Assembly (NCBI GenBank): GCA_964569855.1
Contig: CAZMXB010000002.1
Span: 18,619 to 82,618, forward strand
Source: an uncultured Rhodoferax sp.
GTDB taxonomy: Bacteria > Pseudomonadota > Gammaproteobacteria > Burkholderiales > Burkholderiaceae_C
Direction: 5' to 3'
DNA: 64,000 nt
Below the pieces are notes generated by a model that made no database searches, had not been told where the DNA came from, and was given only the letters and a program-made list of their open reading frames with translations. Made by a program: the position numbers and the translations under genes. This document shows positions 1 through 9,858 of this stretch, one piece after another. How positions within the stretch are numbered: position 1 is the stretch's first letter; the number at the start of each line of letters is the position of its first letter.

Positions 1-10
1 TTCTATTCTT

Positions 11-673
11 GTGAACGGTCTTCGGAATATGAAAACCAGAGTAAATCCAAAAACAGGACTAGATTCAAATAGAAAGGACATGATGAACAGAATTATTCAA
101 TTGCTTCAAGATGCCGGAATTGCTGCTAAATCAAATATCACAACAGAAGCTCTTCAAATTCTGAACGAAGCGACCAAGGATCATTTGACTATTATCCCTG
201 GCCGCTTTCAGCCATTTCATATTGGTCATCAGAAAATGAGCCAAGGAACTGAAGGATTTCCGGTTTATGTGATCATTAAAGGAGCAAAGTCGTCGGCCGA
301 CAAAGAGAAGAATCCATTCTCGGTTGAAGACCAAAAGCGGTTTATTAAAAAAGCTATGGGAGCAAGAGCGGAAGTAATGGTCGCGACCACCGCATATATT
401 CCAGCTCTTGTCGAGCAGGTCGAAGCGGAGATGAAAGGAAAAGTGGTAGAGGTTATTGCCGGTGATGACAGAATTGCAGATTACACTAGACAAATCTCAA
501 AGACACCGTTGGTAGATCAAATTAAGTTCACAAAGGCTCAGAGATTTGCGTCTGCCACAGATATAAGAAACGCAATAAAAAGTGGAGATGTACAGACATT
601 CAAGAAATTAATGCCTGCATCTCTCCACTCGGATTTTGAAACGATGAAAGGAATTTTAGGAGATGGTGATTAA
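11..673 (+). CDS. Cytidyltransferase-like (HIGH-motif nucleotidyltransferase) protein; start uncertain
   Basis: GRFQPFHIGH HIGH motif, NPFS and SATDIR motifs. Confidence 0.75.
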   Translation: MNGLRNMKTRVNPKTGLDSNRKDMMNRIIQLLQDAGIAAKSNITTEALQILNEATKDHLTIIPGRFQPFHIGHQKMSQGTEGFPVYVIIKGAKSSADKEKNPFSVEDQKRFIKKAMGARAEVMVATTAYIPALVEQVEAEMKGKVVEVIAGDDRIADYTRQISKTPLVDQIKFTKAQRFASATDIRNAIKSGDVQTFKKLMPASLHSDFETMKGILGDGD

Positions 674-1098
674 CCTCCTGGAAAGAAAGTCCTATATGAA
701 CCGACAGCAAACACAAAAAGCATCACTCCACCAATAGCTCTCCAAAGGTGTTTTTCAATAACACTGATTCTACTATCCAGTGATGCAATCTTAGGGTCAG
801 TATGAGTTTCAAGCACTGATTGAACATCTGACTTAAATGAACTCTTAAGTGAATGAATCTCTCTTCCTAATTCTGTAACTTTTGTTTCGATTTGATCATG
901 ACGACCAATCTGGTTAGAGAGTAATTTGATTTCTGCTGAAAGTTTGTATAATGCCTCATTTAACGCGGCGTTGACTCTTCTTTGTTCTACTAGTTCGGCT
1001 GCTAGTTGCCGCTGTGCTTCAATCAACAATGATACTGGTGTGATCGATCCCGAATCGTCTGCCATTTTACTTATTCTCTTTGAGTGCGGATAATTCAA
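670..1098 (-). CDS. Coiled-coil protein with C-terminal transmembrane helix (real start probably MADDSG)
   Basis: Heptad-rich body, hydrophobic LWRAIGGVMLFVFAVG tail. Confidence 0.6.
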   Translation of the reverse strand: MNYPHSKRISKMADDSGSITPVSLLIEAQRQLAAELVEQRRVNAALNEALYKLSAEIKLLSNQIGRHDQIETKVTELGREIHSLKSSFKSDVQSVLETHTDPKIASLDSRISVIEKHLWRAIGGVMLFVFAVGSYRTFFPGG

Positions 1099-1519
1099 TG
1101 CCGGCTACTCCAACTAATATTCCGCTGCTTGAGAATACCGGAAATTTAAGAAACTTTGAAACTCGGTTTGGCTCACCGGCAATAGGTGCCGATTCTTCGA
1201 ATATGCGCGGGATCATATAGTTCTGAACCCATAAATCATTGACGGCGTACTGTTTAAGAATTATTGAAGGAAATCCAATTTTATATTCACCGCACTCAGA
1301 TGTTATTGGGTACATTGATTTATATGCTGAATTTACCGCCTTTACTTTTCCGCTAATATCCTTAATCCAGGCTGGAATAGGGAGAAAATCGAAAAACATA
1401 ATGATTGAATCAATTGCTGTTATCTTTTCATTGATTAGATCTTGCACTTTATCAAGAATGCAGATTGCCTTTTCTACAAGAATAGATTCTTCTTTAATTT
1501 TTATTGGTTCACCGATCAT
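1067..1519 (-). CDS. PAS-domain-like protein
   Basis: FFDFLPIPAWIKDISGKVKAVNSAY and KFPVFSSSGILVGVAGI resemble PAS_4 N- and C-terminal motifs. Confidence 0.6.
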   Translation of the reverse strand: MIGEPIKIKEESILVEKAICILDKVQDLINEKITAIDSIIMFFDFLPIPAWIKDISGKVKAVNSAYKSMYPITSECGEYKIGFPSIILKQYAVNDLWVQNYMIPRIFEESAPIAGEPNRVSKFLKFPVFSSSGILVGVAGIELSALKENK

Positions 1520-1613
1520 TTTTTCTTCTCTTCTGGCTTACGCTTAATAGGTTTGCCTAGAGGAACTGGGACAATCGGAATAGCGGCAGTTGTAGTATCT
1601 TCTCTACGCGCTT

Positions 1614-2171
1614 TCATGAATCCTTGGGAAACAGGTCTTTTCTGCATGCCATAATCTCCGATCCGGTGCTTGTTTTTACAAGAACCAACTCTTGATCAAA
1701 GAGTGATTCTCCTATAATGACACAATCCATACATCCTTCCTTATCATATCTCACCGCAAAATCATCTGTCAGATAATATCGGCCTGGAATGGATGTATTT
1801 TTATATCTAACTGCTTCCGAGTAGATTGATGTATCTTGACCAAAGGAATCAATGACTTCTTTTAATGACTCAACTGTGATCTTTTCTCCGGAGTATTTTT
1901 CGATACTATCTTTCAACATCATAAACGCGACAGCCAATGAAGCAATTTGAGATCTTCCGCCGGGTAGTTTTACCAACATCTTCTTAAGATTTCTGATCAG
2001 ATTCATCCATGCCGAGAATTGTTTTTTCTCTTCTGGTGTTTTTGGATCTTTGATTTTATTCCCGTCAATATCAATCAGCCCAAGTTTATAGGCCTTCCAT
2101 TCCTCAAACGGTTTTGCTAATTGAGAAACAAACTTGATAGCAATGACTATAGAGATGCCGTCAGCTTGCAT
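1614..2171 (-). CDS. Conserved T4-like phage hypothetical protein
   Basis: KPFEEWKAYKLGLID motif recalled from T4-like genomes; start trimmed to ATG 2171. Confidence 0.55.
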   Translation of the reverse strand: MQADGISIVIAIKFVSQLAKPFEEWKAYKLGLIDIDGNKIKDPKTPEEKKQFSAWMNLIRNLKKMLVKLPGGRSQIASLAVAFMMLKDSIEKYSGEKITVESLKEVIDSFGQDTSIYSEAVRYKNTSIPGRYYLTDDFAVRYDKEGCMDCVIIGESLFDQELVLVKTSTGSEIMACRKDLFPKDS

Positions 2172-2574
2172 TATTGAATCCTTCAAGAGCCTTAAGTGTC
2201 TTATCATCCCAAGCAATCGTCTCGATTTCTCGAATTTCAGGATGAACGGCCATCTTTGCATCAGGTAGTCGGCCAAGGAAGTCCATTGCGGTCTTCAAGC
2301 ATGGATGATGCTTCTCTGGATAATAAAAAAACAACATTCGGGCCGTTTGGCTATTCCCAAAGAGGTTGCAAAGTGATATAATATGGTTAAGTAGTTGGCG
2401 TATGTTGATCGCGCTTGGAGTATGAGTCATTGCGATCTTTGATAAGGCCTTTGACACATAGGCAAAGGTCTTCATATCCTTTTTGAAGTCGTCGACCGAA
2501 ATGCAATTTGGGTTATTATAGCACTTAATCGCATACATAAGGAAGTTTTCATCTGTGAGTCTAGGGAATTTCAT
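2161..2574 (-). CDS. Conserved T4-like phage hypothetical protein
   Basis: LTDENFLMYAIKCYNNP and LLNHIISLCNLFG motifs recalled from T4-like phages. Confidence 0.65.
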   Translation of the reverse strand: MKFPRLTDENFLMYAIKCYNNPNCISVDDFKKDMKTFAYVSKALSKIAMTHTPSAINIRQLLNHIISLCNLFGNSQTARMLFFYYPEKHHPCLKTAMDFLGRLPDAKMAVHPEIREIETIAWDDKTLKALEGFNNAS

Positions 2575-3613
2575 TGACCGAGAATATCTCCTGAAGGTTT
2601 CTGGTTCGCTTGGCCGGTTCCGGCAATATCAGACATCTAAATGGAATTTTCGATGCCCATTTTGCGGTGATTCAGTAAAGAATCCAACGGCCGCGCATGC
2701 TTATATGTTTCCAAATCCAAAGAGTCTTAACAAATTAAGCTTCAAATGTTTCAAGTGTGGGCATTCTGATTCCATGTCCGGAATGCTCAAGCACCTTGAC
2801 GAGAATATCTATAGGGAATATCGAAGATCTCTTTTCAGTGCGAACAGTTATGACTTTTCTGGTCCTACAATTAAAGAGATTCCTCCGGAAATGGAATCAA
2901 AGAAAGTTATGATGCATCCATCTAATTTCTTTGTTCCATTAACTGGTCTTAGTGAAAATCATCCGGCTAGGCTCTATATCAATTCTCGTGGAATATCTCT
3001 GGACATGTTTAAGTATATTTGGTATACTGATACATTCTGGAAGAACATTCAGCAGCTAAAACCGGATCAGAAAGTAAGATCTGACCATGATGAAGGTCGT
3101 GTCATTTTTCCGATCATGGACCCAACAAACACTTATATGGTTGCTCTTCAGGGTCGTTCACTTGATCCAGATGCTAAACTTCGTTATGTCGATTGCCAGA
3201 TTATGAAGGGAGAACCTAGATTATTCGGTCAGGAGCGGATAAATAGACACTCACCAGTCATTGTTCTGGAAGGTCCGGTTGATTCGTTCTTCGTGGAAAA
3301 TTCTGTCGCTCTATGTGGGGCGACAAAGAATCCAGAAGGACTTCCAGAAGACCGAATTTTCTATCTTGACCAAGAGCCACGCAATCCCAATATTATGGAG
3401 CGATACAAGTCCTTGATTGAAAGCGGAGAAAAGATTATCATGCTTCCAGATGAATTCTTGGAGCATGACGCCAATGATATTTTCAAAATCAAGGGATGGA
3501 ACCGCTCAGAATTTCGAGAGTTTATCCTAAATCACGTCAAATCCGGACTTCGAGCAAAACTAAAGCTCGCAGAATGGATGAGACTTTGTCCCAATAAGAA
3601 GGAGAGAAAATGA
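2555..3613 (+). CDS. DNA primase (T4 gp61-like)
   Basis: NFRCPFCGDS...FKCFKCG zinc finger; TOPRIM VLEGPVDS; DQEPRN; DAND. Confidence 0.95.
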   Translation: MSLGNFIDREYLLKVSGSLGRFRQYQTSKWNFRCPFCGDSVKNPTAAHAYMFPNPKSLNKLSFKCFKCGHSDSMSGMLKHLDENIYREYRRSLFSANSYDFSGPTIKEIPPEMESKKVMMHPSNFFVPLTGLSENHPARLYINSRGISLDMFKYIWYTDTFWKNIQQLKPDQKVRSDHDEGRVIFPIMDPTNTYMVALQGRSLDPDAKLRYVDCQIMKGEPRLFGQERINRHSPVIVLEGPVDSFFVENSVALCGATKNPEGLPEDRIFYLDQEPRNPNIMERYKSLIESGEKIIMLPDEFLEHDANDIFKIKGWNRSEFREFILNHVKSGLRAKLKLAEWMRLCPNKKERK

Positions 3614-5508
3614 TTACACCTTGGAGCACAGTCGGTTATCTGGTTATGAAACGAACATACGCCAGACGTCATGATGAGGCCGACAAGAATTCCGAAACAG
3701 AGGAATGGAGTGATGTGATCTCACGAGTAATCAGAGCATGTCGAGATCAATTGAATGTCGGATTTACTCAAGATGAAGAGCTTCGGTTATTCGACTACAT
3801 GATGAGTTTGAAAGGAACTGTTGCTGGTCGATTTCTTTGGCAACTTGGTACAAGTACGGTTGACCGTCTTGGTTTGCCAAGTCTTCAGAATTGCGCGTTC
3901 ACTACGATTGATCACCCAATTCGCCCATTCACTTGGGCATTTGACATGTTGTGCCTTGGTTCTGGAGTAGGCTACAATCTCCAGCGCGAATTTGTTTATA
4001 AGCTTCCTCCGGTAAAAGAAGACTTCAGAGCTCCACAACGAATAGACAATGCTGGGGCTGATTTTATCGTTCCAGATTCTCGTGAAGGATGGGTAAAGCT
4101 TATTCATCTTATGTTGGATTCTGCCTTCTATCAAAACGAAATCCACCCCGGATTCACTTATTCGACGCAAGTGATCCGCGGCAAAGGAACTCCCATCAAG
4201 GGATTTGGGGGTTTAGCCTCTGGGCCAGAAGATCTTTGTGAAGGCATTGTTGATATTTCTAATGTATTATCAAACAGAGCCGGAAAGCAACTTCGACCTA
4301 TTGATTGTCTGGACATCATGAATATTCTTGGACGAGTAGTAGTTTCAGGAAATGTTCGCCGATCGGCTCAGGTGGCTATTGGTGATTGCGATGATATTCA
4401 ATTTCTTAACGCTAAACGATGGTCTGATGGAAACATTCCAAACTGGCGTGCGTTCTCTAATAATAGCGTAGTGTGCAATGACATTAAACTTCTCCCTCAA
4501 GCATTTTGGGATACGTATGACGGAAAATCTGAACCATACGGCATCATCAATCTAAAACTGTCAAAGGCAACCGGCCGAATTGGAGATACTCAATACAAAG
4601 ATCCTAAAATTCGTGGGTACAATCCATGCTGCGAACAGGGTCTTGCTGATTTTGAAACATGCTGCCTTTCTGAGATATTCCTTCCAAATATTGAATCAAA
4701 AGAAGAGTTTCTGGATCTGGCCAAACTTCTTTATAGAATTAATAAGCATTCTCTTTCTCTTTCGTGCCATCATAAAGAAACCGAGAAAATTGTTCATGAA
4801 AATATGAGAATGGGTATTGGCATTACTGGGATATTACAAAATATTGAAAAGCTTGATTGGTGTGATTATGTTTATCAAAATTTGAGAGAATTTGATATTC
4901 AATATTCTAAAAAACATAATTGGCCCGTTTCAATCAAATTAACAACAGTGAAACCTTCAGGTTCGTTGAGTTTATTACCTGGTGTAACACCAGGTATTCA
5001 CCCAGCGTACGCACCATATATGATTAGAAGAATCAGAATTGCGTCAAATCACCCATTGGTCGAAACATGCAAAGCCCATGGGTATCCAACTGAATACCAA
5101 ATTGGATTCGATGGAACAAAGGACTTTGGAACTGTTGTGGTTGAGTTTCCATTTTCTTATCCAAGCGGAACCATTTTTGCTAGTGAAATGACGGCTATTG
5201 ATCAACTTGAATGGGTTAAGAAGGTTCAGACTGTCTGGTCTGACAACTCTGTCTCTTGCACGGTTTACTACAAGCCTGAGGAACTTGAAGAGATCCGTGG
5301 TTGGTTGGCCAAGAACTACAACAAGAATTGCAAGTCACTCAGCTTCTTGCTGCATTCTGATCATGGGTTCATCCAGGCTCCATTCGAAGAGATCACCAAG
5401 GAAGAGTACGATCGTCGAGTTGAAGGCACCAGAGTGATCACATCGATTGCGGCGGCTGACTTCGACGCACTTGACGAATGTGCTGGTGGAGCTTGCCCAG
5501 TCAGGTAA
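3610..5508 (+). CDS. nrdJ: Class II (B12-dependent) monomeric ribonucleoside-triphosphate reductase
   Basis: KRTYAR, AGRFLW, QNCAF, GNVRRSA, NPCCEQ, TTVKPSG, C-terminal CAGGACPVR. Confidence 0.95.
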   Translation: MITPWSTVGYLVMKRTYARRHDEADKNSETEEWSDVISRVIRACRDQLNVGFTQDEELRLFDYMMSLKGTVAGRFLWQLGTSTVDRLGLPSLQNCAFTTIDHPIRPFTWAFDMLCLGSGVGYNLQREFVYKLPPVKEDFRAPQRIDNAGADFIVPDSREGWVKLIHLMLDSAFYQNEIHPGFTYSTQVIRGKGTPIKGFGGLASGPEDLCEGIVDISNVLSNRAGKQLRPIDCLDIMNILGRVVVSGNVRRSAQVAIGDCDDIQFLNAKRWSDGNIPNWRAFSNNSVVCNDIKLLPQAFWDTYDGKSEPYGIINLKLSKATGRIGDTQYKDPKIRGYNPCCEQGLADFETCCLSEIFLPNIESKEEFLDLAKLLYRINKHSLSLSCHHKETEKIVHENMRMGIGITGILQNIEKLDWCDYVYQNLREFDIQYSKKHNWPVSIKLTTVKPSGSLSLLPGVTPGIHPAYAPYMIRRIRIASNHPLVETCKAHGYPTEYQIGFDGTKDFGTVVVEFPFSYPSGTIFASEMTAIDQLEWVKKVQTVWSDNSVSCTVYYKPEELEEIRGWLAKNYNKNCKSLSFLLHSDHGFIQAPFEEITKEEYDRRVEGTRVITSIAAADFDALDECAGGACPVR

Positions 5509-5579
5509 AATTTACAATTGTTAACTGGACTCCTTGATCTATATGGTGTACAATACATCTATAGATCAAGGAGAGTGTC

Positions 5580-5732
5580 ATGCAGTTCGGCTCATACGGC
5601 TATGTCGATACTTCTACTTCCTTCAAGGTGACTGCTCCTTATGGAACTTTCTTCTTGACCGGAGAGGAAAAAGAGTTTGAGCGACTCCAGAAAGAATTTG
5701 CTCCTTGGCCGGTTGAAGTCGTTCAGAATTAG
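5580..5732 (+). CDS. Small hypothetical protein (50 aa, MQFGSYGY...), not in ORF track
   Basis: AAGGAG RBS and own promoter at 5511-5554. Confidence 0.55.
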   Translation: MQFGSYGYVDTSTSFKVTAPYGTFFLTGEEKEFERLQKEFAPWPVEVVQN

Positions 5733-5741
5733 GATGTCAAA

Positions 5742-6218
5742 ATGAACAAAATCTTCGTAGACATGGACGGTGTGATTGTCGATTTCGACCGCTTAGTTGA
5801 AGAGACTGGTCTCAGTGGTCCAGTACTAAAGAAAGTCAAAGGTGCATATCGGTGCATGAAACCAATTCCTGGTGCCATTGAGGCTGTCCGAGAATTGATC
5901 GAGATGGGATATGAAGTCTGGATAGCAACCAAGCCTCCGACTGGAATTGCTCATGCCTATTCCGAGAAGGTCGAGTGGATTATGGAACATCTTCCAGAAC
6001 TGAAACGGCATATCATCATTACTCATGACAAAGGTCTTCTGGGAGATGAAGGCGATTTCCTTTGCGACGATAGGCCGCATAAGGCGAACTGTCAGGAGTT
6101 CAAAGGAGTTTTACTTCCATTTGTCGATGGATTTCATTGGCCCCATTCGCTTGCGTATTTCAGAGAATTTAAGATACACAAAGAAATGTTAGAATCTTAC
6201 AAGAAGGATAGAGCATGA
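5742..6218 (+). CDS. HAD-family 5'(3')-deoxyribonucleotidase
   Basis: FVDMDGVIVD, PIPGAIE, EKVEW, LCDDR. Confidence 0.88.
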   Translation: MNKIFVDMDGVIVDFDRLVEETGLSGPVLKKVKGAYRCMKPIPGAIEAVRELIEMGYEVWIATKPPTGIAHAYSEKVEWIMEHLPELKRHIIITHDKGLLGDEGDFLCDDRPHKANCQEFKGVLLPFVDGFHWPHSLAYFREFKIHKEMLESYKKDRA

Positions 6219-6559
6219 AAGCAGTTGATCGAGTAGGAAACACTCTTGGTGTTGGGAGCATCGTGTTAGGCAGTGGATCATTTAAGAAAGCTGATCCTAT
6301 TTTTGACTATCGGATTATTGCGACGACTGAAGGAAACGACGGGCTTCGCCTGCTTTGTCCTACAGTAAAGACACTGAAAGGCGGAAAACAAGAACTTACA
6401 TGCGCCGTTGCTACAGTCCGTGGAGAGATCATGAAAGATTCAACTGGTCTTGTTGTCCGATTCAAGAATCTTCTGGTCGCTACAAATGTTCCAGAATCAC
6501 TATCGACACAACTTTACCAGGCTGTTCTTAATCGAGCTGCTAAACCACGTGGAGGATAA
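6215..6559 (+). CDS. Hypothetical protein
   Basis: ATGA overlap with upstream gene. Confidence 0.6.
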   Translation: MKAVDRVGNTLGVGSIVLGSGSFKKADPIFDYRIIATTEGNDGLRLLCPTVKTLKGGKQELTCAVATVRGEIMKDSTGLVVRFKNLLVATNVPESLSTQLYQAVLNRAAKPRGG

Positions 6560-6560
6560 C

Positions 6561-6797
6561 ATGAATATACAAGCATTCACTTTTGCATTCACTCTCTGGC
6601 TTCAGGAAGTACAAGAGGATGAGAAAGAATTGCGCGCTCGGCATACGACTCTCGGTATCGGAGAACGAGCCGAAGAAATGGCTGTTGCGTTTGATGGATA
6701 TTTGAAAACCGCTTTAACCAAACTTGGAGAACCTTATGCGGACGCCGTTGCTGGCATTGTTGCTGATGGTAGTGCTGAAGATAATCAGCTTATTTGA
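6561..6797 (+). CDS. Hypothetical protein
   Basis: GGAGG RBS before ATG 6561. Confidence 0.55.
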   Translation: MNIQAFTFAFTLWLQEVQEDEKELRARHTTLGIGERAEEMAVAFDGYLKTALTKLGEPYADAVAGIVADGSAEDNQLI

Positions 6798-6830
6798 TAT
6801 TCCTAACTTCACTGACTTTGAGGTACATTA

Positions 6831-7076
6831 ATGGAAAAAATTGAAGAATTTCAACAAAGAGTAATTAACGAGCAAACAGAACTGTCCGCTAAAATGGCCG
6901 CACTTAATAATTTCATTCTAGGGATAGGAAATCCAGCATTCAAGACATTGGATAATGATGAAAAATGGGATCTACGATCTCAATTAGATGCGATGTGGAC
7001 TTATTACGATGTTCTTGAACGAAGAATCACAAGATTTCAAAAGATTCTAGACGATGATCGTCTAGCAAATGATTAA
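6831..7076 (+). CDS. Small conserved phage protein
   Basis: GAGG RBS; QQRVINE...QLDAM..Y..VL..RI pattern common in phages. Confidence 0.65.
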   Translation: MEKIEEFQQRVINEQTELSAKMAALNNFILGIGNPAFKTLDNDEKWDLRSQLDAMWTYYDVLERRITRFQKILDDDRLAND

Positions 7077-7080
7077 AACA

Positions 7081-7103
7081 AAAAGGGCCGCAAGGCCCTT
7101 TTT
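7081..7103. terminator. Bidirectional intrinsic terminator
   Basis: AAAAGGGCC-GCAA-GGCCCTTTTT between convergent genes. Confidence 0.85.
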
Positions 7104-7104
7104 G

Positions 7105-7224
7105 CTATTCTAGCCCTAGGCGGACTCTGATTTTACTAATCAAATCTGATGCGGCTTCTGGGGCCGGAACCAAAACCCAAGCAACAATAACTCCGAACAC
7201 TGTTCCGAAAATGAAAGATAGCAT
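7105..7224 (-). CDS. 39-aa membrane peptide MLSFIFGTVFGVIVAWVLVPAPEAASDLISKIRVRLGLE (not in ORF track)
   Basis: AAAGGAGA RBS on minus strand, TAGATA motif upstream, ends at terminator. Confidence 0.7.
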   Translation of the reverse strand: MLSFIFGTVFGVIVAWVLVPAPEAASDLISKIRVRLGLE

Positions 7225-7254
7225 ACTACGTTCTCCTTTGCGAGTAATCTATCT

Positions 7255-7872
7255 ATGAAAAATCATGTAATTATCGGAATTGACTTCTCTATAACTTCTC
7301 CTGCTGTTACCATTGTGACTCCGAAGAAGACTGAAATTTGGGCGACATTAACAGACAAAGAAAGAGACAAAATCAGAGCAGTGGATGGGCTTAATATCTT
7401 CCAAACCATTAACCCGAAAGAAAGTTCAGTTGATGCATGGGAGAATGATCATGAAGGCCGAGAAATTTACATTGCCACGAGGCTAGTAGGCGCAATTGAT
7501 ATTGCTATGGGATATATTGAAGACCCAAAGGTTTTTGTTGCGATAGAAGGATACTCGTTTGGATCAAAGAACACCTTCGCTCATAAAATTGGAGAGGCGA
7601 CCGGTTGTCTCATTGCCGAGCTGAGAAGAGAGATTCCAGATGTAAAATTTTTTAGACCAAGTCCTCCTTCTGTAAAGAAATCTGTTGGAGCGAAACAAAA
7701 AGATGGCAAGCAAGGCGTCTATGAAGCTTTTTCGAAGCACTTTGGTGTAGACCTCTTGGCCGTGTTGGATAAGAAGAAATTAGGCGGACCAATCACTGAT
7801 ATTTGCGACTCTTGGGCTTGCGCAGTATGGATGCAAAATCACATAGATAATCTTACACAAACGGAGAATTAA
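7255..7872 (+). CDS. RuvC-like Holliday junction resolvase
   Basis: IIGIDFSITSPA, VAIEGYSFGS, PPSVKK, DICDS. Confidence 0.8.
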   Translation: MKNHVIIGIDFSITSPAVTIVTPKKTEIWATLTDKERDKIRAVDGLNIFQTINPKESSVDAWENDHEGREIYIATRLVGAIDIAMGYIEDPKVFVAIEGYSFGSKNTFAHKIGEATGCLIAELRREIPDVKFFRPSPPSVKKSVGAKQKDGKQGVYEAFSKHFGVDLLAVLDKKKLGGPITDICDSWACAVWMQNHIDNLTQTEN

Positions 7873-7873
7873 A

Positions 7874-8230
7874 ATGGCAAAAAAGAAAGTTGATCCAGAA
7901 TCTTTGTTTCCAACTGCATGGAGTGACGCCGCTGCTGCGGAAACCGTAAAACAGATCGATGAAGAGATTATCGAAGAATTGTTATCTCAACCAAAAGAAG
8001 AATATAAAGTTCCAGAAATTCTGTTGACAGCATTTCTTGAACCCGCACCGGTAAAGCCATTCATTGCTACATGGGATCAGATCAAGAATCAACTTGGATC
8101 AGTTTCGGCCATGAAGTCAGAGCTGACCGGAGTTCGGATCACCCATGGTGATGCCATTGCGATCTTCAAGACTGATGCGCATCGGAAACTCTATGAAGAA
8201 TGGGCTGCATTCAAGCGACAGAAAGGATAA
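7874..8230 (+). CDS. Hypothetical protein
   Basis: GGAGA RBS, operon position. Confidence 0.6.
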   Translation: MAKKKVDPESLFPTAWSDAAAAETVKQIDEEIIEELLSQPKEEYKVPEILLTAFLEPAPVKPFIATWDQIKNQLGSVSAMKSELTGVRITHGDAIAIFKTDAHRKLYEEWAAFKRQKG

Positions 8231-8233
8231 CCA

Positions 8234-8605
8234 ATGAAACTAGTAGACGAAGCAATTAATCTACTTAATGAAGCGACAGCTGGGAACAGCTATTCAGTTA
8301 ATCATAAGAGATACGAAAATCTTGCGGCCGACCTATTCAAACTAGGTTTCAAATTGAAAGATTTGAGTTATGCAAAAGGCCTTGACACTATTATCGTTCG
8401 AACCTACGAGCAATCTACCGCCAGAGCAGAACTTGATAAATCCGTGATTCGCCTCTTGAAGAAATATAAATTCACCGAGAAGTCTGGTGAATACTTCCTT
8501 TATGGTTCTTCCGATAAGTTGCCAGCTGTAAAAGTTGAAGTTCTCGAAAAGGGAACAAAGGTGATAATCTCTGAAGCCGCAGCAGGAGGAACTGCATATC
8601 AATGA
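8234..8605 (+). CDS. Hypothetical protein
   Basis: AAGGA RBS, operon position. Confidence 0.6.
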   Translation: MKLVDEAINLLNEATAGNSYSVNHKRYENLAADLFKLGFKLKDLSYAKGLDTIIVRTYEQSTARAELDKSVIRLLKKYKFTEKSGEYFLYGSSDKLPAVKVEVLEKGTKVIISEAAAGGTAYQ

Positions 8606-8634
8606 GTGGAGTCAAAGTTGAATAGTGTAACATT

Positions 8635-8680
8635 GTTTACAATTCAGTGTTGGACACAGTAGTGGCATGGTGGTATTATT
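8635..8680 (+). promoter_or_regulatory. Phage early-type promoter (GTTTACAAT box + TGGACA-N17-TATTAT)
   Basis: Member of a motif family repeated about 20 times upstream of genes. Confidence 0.75.
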
Positions 8681-8715
8681 GTTCATGTACCACCAACCAA
8701 CCACACTGAAAGGAA

Positions 8716-8940
8716 ATGATCATGAGCGAAGTTACCCAGAAGCAGATTGCCAAGTTCGAAGCCGCTGTGCCGGTGCTGAATGCCCTTGTTGCCGATCTGA
8801 CGGCATGGAATGAAACCTCTCCTGATGAGCGTCGTGTTGCTCAACAGAACGAGCTGAAGGCGGCATGGAAGGCGGCAAAGAGTGCTGTCCGTAAGTCCGG
8901 CCTGGCTCTCAATGAAGAAGGCGACCTCGTCGCCGCGTAA
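8716..8940 (+). CDS. Small Ala/Lys-rich early protein
   Basis: Own promoter, AAGGA RBS, downstream terminator. Confidence 0.7.
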   Translation: MIMSEVTQKQIAKFEAAVPVLNALVADLTAWNETSPDERRVAQQNELKAAWKAAKSAVRKSGLALNEEGDLVAA

Positions 8941-8963
8941 AATGGAAGCGCAAAGCATCCCTA

Positions 8964-9000
8964 AAACGGCTTAGGAATCCCTCCTAGGCCGTTTCACTTT
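8964..9000 (+). terminator. Intrinsic terminator
   Basis: AAACGGCTTAGGA/TCCTAGGCCGTTT stem followed by T-rich tail. Confidence 0.65.
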
Positions 9001-9013
9001 AAGGAATAAGCCA

Positions 9014-9565
9014 ATGCATACTCGAACACTAGTGTTCCTAGGCGGCCTTCTAGCTGGCCTAGCAACTCCAATTTTGATGAAGCGGACAGGAACAGAATTT
9101 ATTCAACCAGCTGTTGCTTCCACTGAAACGGTTCTCGTTGTAGAGAACAGAAAAGTTCTCGATGAACGAGAAGTGATGTGCATGGCACTCAATTTGTATC
9201 ATGAAGCTCGTGGAGAATCCAAAGTAGGCCGACGTGCCGTTATGCATGTTGTGAAAAATCGTGCCGAAGCTGATGGCTTTGGAGGAGACACCATTTGCGA
9301 TGTGGTGATGGCCGGCAAGAAAGATTCTCGTGGTCGTATTCTGAAAGGAAAGTGCCAATTCAGCTGGACGTGCGATTTTGCTTCAGACGTCCCAAAGGAC
9401 CTAGAGAAATTTGAGCAGCTTGAGAAAGAAGCTCGAAATTTCTTGATGAACGAGCGCATCGATGACATCACCGAAGGCGCAACATACTACCATTCTGTTG
9501 CGGTCAAACCTTCTTGGGATTTCGACAAGACGACTCGCATTGATCAACATATTTTCTATAGGTGA
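9014..9565 (+). CDS. Cell wall hydrolase (SleB / Hydrolase_2 family)
   Basis: CMALNLYHEARGE, CQFSW, GATYYH, HIFYR; N-terminal hydrophobic segment. Confidence 0.9.
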   Translation: MHTRTLVFLGGLLAGLATPILMKRTGTEFIQPAVASTETVLVVENRKVLDEREVMCMALNLYHEARGESKVGRRAVMHVVKNRAEADGFGGDTICDVVMAGKKDSRGRILKGKCQFSWTCDFASDVPKDLEKFEQLEKEARNFLMNERIDDITEGATYYHSVAVKPSWDFDKTTRIDQHIFYR

Positions 9566-9858
9566 GCATGATGAAATCCGACAATAGAATTGACATTGTG
9601 GTAAACGATGAAACATTCGAGCCGATGTATCAAATCACTATGGCTATTCCGCTCGAGGCCTTTGACTCATTCCGAATTTATGGCCTAAGCCGAACTGCTG
9701 TGGCCACAATCATTGGCACTGGAGTGCTAGACGATCTTGAGGCGTTCGTTGAGAAGCGCCGAAACGAGCTGTTACACACTGTTACAAAATAAAGCTGGAC
9801 AAGGAGACTCTTCTAGGGTACAATAAAAGAGTAACTTATATCGGAGGAATAGTATACT

